A DNA stretch of 60,091 nucleotides, the filler included, from Catajapyx aquilonaris (taxonomy: Eukaryota): the NCBI GenBank assembly GCA_000934665.2. It is 2 parts of 2 records of this genome, joined end to end, with 100 filler letters (N's around TTAATTAATTAA, not from the genome) between each part and the next. Parts side by side here need not be neighbours in the genome. Positions count along the whole stretch, not along the records: positions 30,100 to 60,091 come from JYFJ02004703.1; 1 more part is not named here. The stretch is one strand, 5' to 3'. Of the stretch, positions 50,348-60,091 are shown piece after piece. The notes under the pieces were generated by a model. The model had not been told where the DNA came from, ran no database searches, and saw nothing but the letters and a program-made list of their open reading frames with translations. The position numbers and the translations under genes were made by a program. Position 1 is the stretch's first letter, and each line of letters begins with the position of its first letter.

Positions 50348-51496
50348 CGTCCAGATTTTGAGGAGCTGCCGGATTGCGGGATCCTCACGCGGCTGCAGTC
50401 GCCGATGGACTGGCAACTTGACTGACTCGAAAGCCGTTTCCTTTTTTTCTTTTTTTATTGGGCGGAACGCCAAGGTACAATGAAGCATCCGATTTGCAGC
50501 AACCCTTTCTCTGCAAATGTGGGGGGTGCAGGGTACAGCAGGAAATGAAGGTTCTGTGTGATGACTGAGGGTGTGGGATAATAATGGGTGAGGGTGTGGA
50601 ATAATAAATGGGTGACATTGCTTGGTAACTGTGCCACAAATAGTTCAGTGATATATTTCCCAACTTCTGAAGTGAATGATGCATGGTGCTGTAATTGAAC
50701 TGCAATAATTCGGTGGGATAAATGCAGGCAGCATGTACGTAGGTTGAATAAGTTTAATTGGATATAAAAATTCATAATATTGATATAAAAATTAATGCCT
50801 TCAATGTAAATTGTTCAAAATTTCGAAGCTCTACCTACAGCAGAACTTGAAAAACGTAACAAGAAATTGGAAAAATTCATTGTTGAAATGGCATACAGTC
50901 TTACTTAGGGGCTACCGTCCCTAAAATAAAAAGAGGGTGGGTTTTTCGACTATCCTCAGGTGAAGTGCTATGGTATATGTCTGCCACTACATTTTGCACT
51001 AATATTGTCCCAATTCATTGTTACGATCATGAAACTTATGCATCAACACTGATTTGAGAAAAACAAACACATTTGAAGCAAAAAATATTTATTCAGTCAA
51101 CAATCAAACATTGAATTGCTAGCATTCAATACAAATTGTTCCGAGTGCAATAACCAGAGAAATCAGTCACAACCAATCAATCTACTCAGGTAAGGTGATG
51201 TCCAACATAAAAAGAAAGGTGATCTCATTCAATCTCCTATAACTTGTACACAAGTCCTACAATGAACACAGTAAGTGAAAGGTCATCTCTCTCCATGCTA
51301 TGTTTAGTGTCAATGCTATCAAAAAGAGGAAATCCCTGAGATCACAATATGATAAAAACTGTTGAGCAAAAATATCTTTTACGACACTTGCAAATTTCAG
51401 TGTCTTATAATATTGATGTCACATTCGAATAGTCCAGATGATATAACTGCTCTTGTAACCATCCCAAGTTTTATGATTGGTCAGTGGTCTGGCTCT

Positions 51497-54400
51497 TCAC
51501 TTGGTCTTGCGCTTCTTTTTTGACTTGGCATCAGAGTTCTGCTGCTGTTTGACAGCTTTGGGTTGCTTCTTCTTAACTGAAAGTGTATTGAAACATTGGC
51601 AGTTTCCTGAAACATCTACATATTCACAAAGTGCCTCTCCTCTTCCCACTTACCCCAGATCGCCTGGTTGGTCTGCTCTCCTATCAAGTAAAACACTATC
51701 AAGACAACAGCACATCCAACTTGAAAGAGAACCTGTTGCCACCAGTTTAGTTTCTTCATTATGGGGTATACCCAGAATCCTCCAACCTGAGCGATAACAA
51801 GGGTCCAAGAGAGGTAAGCGCAAATAAATGCTCCTACTACAAGGCATCCCTTGAAACGCTGTGGATAATGGTGAAAACTCAGGAACAGCTCAATGGCGAC
51901 CAAGGGCAAGCATATGGAGTGCATCACGTGGTTCAGCCATGATGGGATAAATGTTTCCATGATTTCAGAGTAGATAAGCTGGCGATCTATGATGAACAAA
52001 CTCCAGAAGCCAATCTGGACAAACTGTAAGATAAAGCATATATTTGTCAGTTACTCAAGTCATTTACATTGGAAAAAGGTAAACTAACACAACTGGACCC
52101 AATTCTACAAGTTTCAATGCAACTACATATGAACAATAAATATTTTGAATGCCGCCCCCACCCTATTACAAATGTACACATACTTGCACACACACAAAAG
52201 ACCCTTAATAATGTATGACAGTGAAAGTCAAGAGCAAGGTTGCTTCCTTCTATAAAAATTTATAGCAGTAAACAAGCGCTCTCTAGATGTGACAAAACCG
52301 TACTGAAAATGAACTGCCGGGATCAAACAAATGGTCATTATTGCAAAAATTTCTTATGTATCTGAGGTCTGCTATCAACACAAGTTTCACTGTATTTATC
52401 TATTACAGTAATAGATACATATTTTCACACTGTGACAGTCGTGGGGCAGGATCATAATGCAAACAAGAGGGATACTATATAAACTTGCTGATTCCATAAG
52501 TTTCCTAGCCGAATCTCAAGATTCCACTCCTAAACTTTTCATTGTTAATGCAAAGCTGTTGACTGACAACTAGATGTCCCTAGCGTTGGTGGAGTTTCAA
52601 TATTTGATTGGCTTGGAAAGGAAATATGCCATTTCCTTACATGGTTGCTTATCTGTTATTTAACCAAAATCAATAAATCCTAATGCCTGCAAATAGGACT
52701 TCTTATTGGCCCACATGATCAGCATGGTTGGTAGACAATTGCAAAACAAGAAATTCACAACCACAAGCAACACAATTAAGCATTTAAATCGTGATGATTT
52801 TAGATCAAATCCCACAAATGTGAACACCAGTTGCATTATCCCAACCATACCTTGTGGGGTCACCCGTAGGTATGTCACCCTTGTAGAATGGGAGGTTGAT
52901 TTCATCACAACAGAGCATGACATGGGAGTGGGAGTTGAGCTATGGTTGAACTTCATGTCACACTTATTATGTCATCATAAAACAAGGCTATTTGAATGTT
53001 TTAAATAAATGTCACTAGAGATGATTCCAGGGCATGATGCATCCCTCCAAATTCCCCCAAAAGTTTATTTTTGGGCAGAAACCTAAAATAAGGGCATGGG
53101 GTTCATAGGAACATGACATACTCTTGAAAGAAGGTTTTCACCCATATGTCGGTCAGGTCATCAGTGAGATGTACTTGATGAACCCCAAAGGACCCAAATC
53201 CTTATTTTTACCTTGCCTTACATGGAAACTGCATGTGCCACAAATAATCCACGTACTTGTGCACAGTTCAAATGTGTTTTCATTGAAGGTCAGCTAATTT
53301 GAAATATCACACTAACCCACTACAAGTACATATTCATGTCTTAAATATTCTGCAGCTGATATAACCAGTGCTGTCAATTTCTAGAGCAAATATCATTGTA
53401 TATTGCACATTCTTGACTCTTTCCAACTTACCATGCCAGCAGGGAATGCCAAAACTGCGAAAATCGTGTCTCTGGTCTTCTGCAAGGTGCTGACCTTCTT
53501 TTGCTTATGAGCATCACTCCCAAACAAATCATTCAGTGCAGCAACAGTGAAAAACACAAACTGCACCACCTGTAAAAAAACAAATAAACACCTCAAATGA
53601 AGGGTGAACATTAGAGTGAAACTCAATGATTGACACATGTGGTATCCTACTTCTGCCTGTCTCTTATGTAATGGTAGCCAAGTTTTGCATGTGCCCTGGT
53701 CATACCATGAGGAACTATGATTTTTCAACATTTTCAGATGTCAGCCATACTTAAACTTTTGAAAAAGAACACATCTGCATATAGCTGCAGGGTCAACTAT
53801 CTGGGTGGGTTGCCTGAAAACTCAACCTTACCATCATGTGCAAATGCGTTATTTTTAAAAAGCACAGCTTTGTGATGAATACTGGGCAGATTCTCTTGTC
53901 AGATTTTATGAAATGTTTTCACACTTATAGTAAGTGATCAAAAATACATACACATCGTATTAGTTGGTCTGTGATTTGGGAAATGATACTAATTGAAATA
54001 AAAATTAAAGGAACTTTCACGTTAATGGGCCATTAGTACATTGGCTGACAAGACAGAACAAATTGCTTTTTTGCCACATGATCAATTCTGCTGTCATTAA
54101 GAAAAAAGCTGTATCTGCAATATGCAGTAATGAGTATGGTCAAGTGTTGCCCATCCACGTCAATTAAACTACCGCAGCCAGCTGCAGTAGGTTAATGGAG
54201 CTGGATGACCAAATCTGATTATCTGAACCTTACTGCGTATAGCCTGCAATAAGTACCAAAACCCTGAACATCTCATAGATAAGACCTACTTTCCAATACA
54301 ACACAGAACTCAAGCGGTTTCTAGGTGGACATTTGAGGTTGAAAACCGTAACGAAAGTGGCATATTTGCCATTCAGAATGTAGCTCCATGCATGGCCCTT

Positions 54401-55132
54401 TCGCCAATCTCTCACCTGGTGCCGTTCTATGACTTTTGCAGTAGTAGGTCTAGAGTGCAATACCTGTTCAGGTGCTCATCATTAAATTGTGTGCTGGCTC
54501 CCAAGTGATGAATTTTAAATTTAAATACTAACCTAAGCATACCTATCCTAACCTTCCATTCCTAATGTCCCTAATCCGAATTTACCAATTTTTACACACT
54601 GCACACAGTGGTGCATGATCCTACTGATCCTCCCATCATGAATAGTTCATTCTAGCCCCTTTCTTGTATGGTGACCTCAAAGAAATGGATAATTAGCAAA
54701 TCATACATGGAAAAATCATCATTTTATGCCCCTTTGCCATCGTTTTCACCACCAAAGAGGTACTTGGAACTCTCTCAAAACCTGACGTGAAGCAGCTGTA
54801 AAGTCATCTCCTTCGTAAATCAATCGTCTCTTGAATAAATCACTGCATGCTAGGGCTAACAAAACCTTAGAATTCTCATCTTTACTGTGTTATAAATTGA
54901 ATTCATACTACAAAATTTCTGACTAAATTGTTAGGTCCACAGATGAATATATGCAAGGATACTTGACCATGTTCCACACGGTGAAATACTTCCACCATCC
55001 TCCAAAGTCAGTGATGTGATACTCCTTTGCAAGCTTTTCCGGTACCTCGACCCGGAAGAGTGTGTAGTAGATACCGAATCCGAAGCATCCAGAAGCGGCC
55101 AAGTGGGACAGCAAGTGGGCGAACGAGATCAT
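51497..55132 (-). CDS. AIG1/ADTRP family paralog B (~250 aa). Exons 55132-54968, 53569-53432, 52023-51654, 51576-51497
   Basis: FGGWWKYFTVWN, RDTIFAVLAFPAG, IDRQLIYS, PSWLNHVMHSICLP and WVYPIM; 753 nt in frame. A probable non-coding 5' exon ends at 55307 and splices to 55189. Confidence 0.9.
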
Positions 55133-56459
55133 AGCGATGCCGGCGTTGATGGCCACGAATCGTAAGTACGTGAGGCTGCTCCTGCTTCTCTAAAAATGCA
55201 AACCACAAAATGACATCAACCGGACTAAAGCACCTCAGCGATTAATTCCCATCCCTTCAGTGTTCTTTTTGGTCAATCTGTGGCTACTCCCCGAGCCATG
55301 ACTTACCGAGCCGCCGCAATGGAAGAGTGTGGTGCACGCCTACCTTCCTTCCGAAGCGCGGCTACCGGGCTCAGACTGGGCTACGTCACCACCATGGTGG
55401 CGCTGGGGTTGGTGACGTGCTCAGGGTCACCCGGGGACACTTCCAACACCCAACTCAGCTTGACCACTCCTACCATATTAGTATTTTTTATGCTGCTTCC
55501 TGTTACATATCATCCACGTTTCTGCATTTACATGACCTACGTGACACCATTTCGAAAACTGGTATCTTTTGGCAACGTTGATTCTGGCGGGAAGTACGGA
55601 AGTGGTTGAGGGCCAAAGAAAAAAAAGCCATATTGAAGTGTAGGAACATTATCAGCCTCACTTTCCTCTCGAGTCTACTTTAAAACCTCATAAAGATACG
55701 TTCTCACAATGCAATGGACTAAAATAGATAGAAACAGCAATCTGTGCCTTGTCGTTCTATGCATGGTAAACTACACATGAAACGACGAGACATTTTTCTG
55801 TCGCAGTCAATAGTAGCTGGTGTGCCACAAAAGCTGGTCGTGTTGTTTTAGAGTAGAAAGATACCTTATCTGCAGTGATGTGAAAGAAAATGCACTTGTC
55901 ACAATGAAGCCCGTCTCACTACAGGTAAGTTGTAATTCATATATGTACTGTAATACACTGGAACAGTGGAACTTTCATAACATAAATCGCCAAGGGACCA
56001 ACATAATCGTATACTGATATTATACATGTTTTCATAGTGATCGACTTCAAGGGAACGTAGCATAGGCATGAAACCATACGGCAAGAGGGGAAAGTAACTA
56101 CCTGTTAGTTTCTAATATTTTTTCTTCTTGTCCCAACTTCTGTCCCTCATGGAAAGTCCAAAGAACTCGTTTGTTGCTTTTTTAAATATCAGAGGCATGT
56201 CAGTTCATTTTGCGGTCTCCAAGATCTAGTGCTGGGACCGAGGCTGGGACACTGTGCTATCATTAAACTACACTCAGATGCCATTACACTGCTGATTACA
56301 CAACACCAGCTGATAAATGAATCGATGAACTTTTAACTTACCTGTCCTCCTAAAAACTGGTCCGTAAGTAATTTTCACACACTTTTCTTCACAAATGCAT
56401 TAAAATTATCTCCAGAATTGAAGAGGTGACTTCCAGGTAGCTTTTGAGTACTGGAAATA

Positions 56460-57183
56460 CAGGGTGTTCCAAAAAGGTGTTCCCAGTAAAGAACCAATGC
56501 AGTTGAGAAGTATTCCATATATTTTATTCAAATTTGCAGGGAAGATGGCACATATGATCAAGTTTTTGTACAAAAAGTCACACCTCCACATGTCCACCCT
56601 GGCGTTGGAGACACCGTTTAAACCGTTCTTCAGCCGCTCACCAGGTGTAATAGCTTGTACGGATACATCTTCAGTAAAAGCAAAGTGTGTACTCTTTTTC
56701 GCTGAACTGAAAAGCGTGACTAGAGTGCGATGAGAGTTCCGGCGACTCTATGGCAAAGACCCACCCTCCAACAAGTCCATCCTTAAGTGGTTCCAGAGTT
56801 TTGAAGCGACAGGCTGCATCATCCGAGGTCTGGGCATCCACCTGCAACTTATCGTGTTGAACAGGTGAGGGAAGCCATGTTGAAGAGTCCGCAGAAGTCC
56901 CTGCGTCGGGGATCCCTGGAGATGATATCCCACTGGGTTCGATGCACCGCTCCATACGGAAAATGCTGAAGATGTATCTGTACAAGCTACACCTAGCGAG
57001 CAGCTGAACAACGGTTTAAGCTGTGTCTTCGACGCCAGGGTGGACATATGGAGGTGTGACTTTTTGTACAAAAACTTGATCATATGTGCCACCTTCCCAG
57101 CAAATTTGATTAAATTAAAATATATTAAATACTTCCGGAACTGCATTGGTTCTTTACTGGGAACACCTTTTTGGAACACCCTG
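56460..57183 (+). mobile_element. Internally deleted Tc1/mariner element with ~210-bp TIRs and a transposase N-terminal remnant
   Basis: TA-CAGGGTGTTCC...GGAACACCCTG-TA ends. The remnant KAKCVLFFAELKSVTRVR*EFRRLYGKDPPSNKSILKWFQSFEATGC and VEQVREAMLKSPQKSLRRGS resemble the HTH (DUF4817-type) region of rosa/DD41D-like transposases. Confidence 0.88.
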
Positions 57184-57663
57184 TATTTCATTTGGCACAA
57201 GAACACCACATCTGAAGATAAAATATTTATTCTAACAACCAAAGCACATCAAATCACTATCACTAATACAAATATTGTTCAAGTTCAACATTCAGTAAAA
57301 TCATTCACAACCAATCAATCTTCTTCGGTTTTAGTGGTGCTAGACATAAAATGGGCATCTCATTCAATACAAGAATCTCAAGTTTCATTTCTACTACGAA
57401 ACGAGGTCCACAGTGAACACAAAAAGGGGAAAGGTACCCATAGACTGTTTCCTATCATGGTCAGTTAATAGCAATACTTTCAGAAGGGGAATCCCTGAGA
57501 TCACACGGGGATGAAACTGCTTTGAGCAAACGCCATTATGTCACCACACCAAAAAAATAAAAAATAAAATAAATCAACTTGAATCTCAATTGTAGTTAAA
57601 ATTAGCACATAAAAATCTCATTCCATTCATCCATGGGTGCAATAATTGGTCAGTGAAGTTGCT

Positions 57664-59715
57664 TCAGTTGGTTTTGCGCTTCTTTTTCTTTCCATCCACC
57701 TTGGGCTGCTTATTATTCCCTTTTGTCTGCTTCTTCTTCACTGCAAGTTAAATATCAACCCATTAACTCTTCATCATAACATAAGGAAGGGAGAGCTACA
57801 ATGTGCTTATAAATTAATGTACAGTAATTGCCATCCTCCCCTTGTCTTACCTACCCCAGACTAACTGATTGCTCTTTTCCCCAATCATGTAGAACCCCAT
57901 AAGGACACCAGCACCACCAGCTTCGAAGAGTATCAACTGCCACCAGTTCAGCATCTCTAGGATGGGATATACCCAGATACCTCCAACATGAGCCACAACC
58001 AGCGTCCAAGATATGTAGATGCATATGAACAACCCTACTGCCAGAAATCCCTTGTACCGCTGTGGGTAGTGGTGATAACTGAGGAACAGCTCAAGAAGAA
58101 TCAGAGGCATGCATATTGAATGCATCACTTGATTCAGCCAAAAGGGAATGAAGGTGTCGAGTATTTCTGGAAACACAAGGTTGCGATCTACAATCCACAG
58201 ACCCCAGAAGGAAGTGGAGATGAACTGGAAGAACAAAATGAAACTTTTTTAAATCTTTGAGATGGATAGATAAGGTAGGCTATTTATGAGATTTCATAAA
58301 TTTCAAGGTGCTTTCAAGCCTGCAGAGCAGATATAATTACCCCTAAAAGACAATTTTATTTTGGACAATTCAGACACATTTCCAGGGCAGTTACTCTTTC
58401 AATATATCACTCAGCTAGCTGGGCTAAATGCCGAATAAAAATGAAAAGCTGTAGTTGGTATTAAATTTGGAATATTCTTGTTCCACTTAAGCAACAGTTC
58501 ATGAAGTTCTTTTTCATCCAGTAACGCAATGAGAGGAGAGTTTGTAAACTGTCATGGCACATGCTCGTGCCAACAAAGAGATTAGGACTAGTCACAGAAA
58601 AATCATGAGTTCTGATCATTTATGCCTTTTGGCTGCAGGCACAGTGAAATAAATCATTGCTTTATACTTATTTTCACTAGCTTGTAGATCATTGGCTAAC
58701 TTAGCACCCTCCAATGGTACAACACCCCACTGGTTACACCTGTTCTACAAGAATCTTATGTTGTGGACATTTAAAAATAGGTTTACATTTTGCAACGACA
58801 AGCTCACGGAGAGCCTATGTTGTGCACAATACTATGGCAATATAGGAATAAACATACAGTACACTACATGGTGAATACCTGTAATAAGGCTACAGATAAT
58901 ACTGATAATGCTGAGTGAACCAAATTCTAGATAAGTTCTTGAAGCATTAGGCATATGTCCAACCTTTCAGTTCCCTGCAAAAATCTCAAAATCCCATGGA
59001 TAAGGCCTGACAAGTTAGTTAGCCTACTTATTTTATAAAAATATCCGAGGCCACACGCGACCGCCCGGAAAAGGAGGGGGGGGGGACCCACAGGTTGGGT
59101 ATTACATATTTTCATGTTTACAAAAAAAAAGGAAACATAAAACACTGCTTTCTACACCAATAGAGTATGTAATATGTGTCAATGGTCAATGTTTCATAAC
59201 AATATATTAATGACACCTCTGACGGCCCAAGTCAAAACCCTGTATCTCGGCTTTTTGTCATTTCGAGATATTCCCGTTTGAAGGTTCTTGTTTCCATTAA
59301 GTGTAGTATATGGAAGTGCATGATTTCAATTGGCCATAACTTCGCAAGGGTTGCTCCTATAGTTACGGCCTTTGTACCAAAAGGTGTGGCTTGCAAATGG
59401 GAGTGCAATGGTGCATTTATCTCCAATTATGTGATTTTCGAAGATACGGCGTTTTAACTTGTGCCGTCAGACCTGTCCACAGTTCTGTGGCACTACAGCT
59501 AGTAACAGGTGCATACTTCAATAATTAATTTAATTGTGCCAGTTTCTTGCCTAGTAATTATTATAACTCCTACTTACCAAACCAAGAGGGAATGCCAACA
59601 CTGCAAAGAGGGTGTCCCTGATCTTCTGTAACGCAGTGACTTTTTTACGTTCCTGTGTATCACTTCCTATCATATCATTCATCAGACTGAGCCAGTGAAA
59701 CACGAGCTGCACCAC
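57664..59715 (-). CDS. AIG1/ADTRP family paralog C, 5'-partial. Exons 59715-59578, 58224-57855, 57740-57664; first exon lies beyond the window
   Basis: IRDTLFAVLAFPLG, VDRNLVFP, PFWLNQVMHSICMP and WVYPIL. Exon sizes 138 and 370 equal those of paralog B, and the 3'UTR resembles B's. Confidence 0.9.
59212..59478. mobile_element. Small element with imperfect terminal inverted repeats in a paralog C intron
   Basis: Left end GACACCTCTGACGGCCCAAGTCAAAACCCTGTATCT vs reverse complement of the right end GACAGGTCTGACGGCACAAGTTAAAACGCCGTATCT. Confidence 0.55.
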
Positions 59716-60091
59716 CTGTATAAATGAAAAACATAAAACGAGAAATGTATTCAAAGCAATACAAATTAATACAACAGTTACATGCTGACTATTAGACTGA
59801 ATAAAACATGCTCATTTCATAATTATTTATCAACAATGTAATGACATGCAACACATATGGCCTGGTTTCACTGTAATTCCCAGGTGTGCAATTTTTTGAG
59901 TTACAGGTTACAGGAGAAGCTATTTACAATTTCAAAATTGACATGACACACTCATTTGATCTGTAATACTGTATATTGAACTTTTGAGGAAAAAAACATG
60001 TACTTGCCCTGATCTGAAAATATTGGGACACCCCCAAAAAATGGAGTGGTGGGGTTATACACAGGATGTGATAAAAAGTTTCCATTAAGAT

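Noticed and set aside
55280..55609. 109-aa plus-strand ORF in a GC-rich patch
   Set aside because: Better explained as the antisense of AIG1-B's promoter and non-coding first exon (donor at 55306, two GGAAGT ETS-like motifs at ~55589-55604).
56406..57468. Mirror-image ORFs on both strands (e.g. 142 and 164 aa)
   Set aside because: They are by-products of the long TIRs of the mariner derivative.

Overview
Eukaryotic, intron-containing DNA from an invertebrate. It is most likely an arthropod; this is inferred from the BTB-zinc-finger genes and the insect-type Smoothened tail. The window is two contigs joined by an artificial 100-bp spacer (N44-TTAATTAATTAA-N44, 30000-30099), so the halves may not be neighbours in vivo. 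The left half is a minus-strand tandem array of BTB/POZ-C2H2 zinc-finger genes: two intact, one frameshifted and internally rearranged, and one 3' remnant. The array arose by recent segmental duplication and is mixed with tRNA-derived elements, two ~1-kb palindromes, and CMC/Chapaev-like, hAT-like and Helitron-like non-autonomous elements. The right half holds DPM1 head-to-head with DDX54, a complete 9-exon smoothened gene, three tandem AIG1/ADTRP-family hydrolase genes, a SINE family and several MITEs. All exon models were built by hand from splice sites and frame continuity. I found no CRISPR array, rRNA or autonomous transposase. I cannot demonstrate a wholly new system. The best candidates are the split-zinc-finger exon architecture of the BTB-ZF array, a Smoothened that combines vertebrate-like and fly-like regulatory motifs, and the diversified AIG1 trio.
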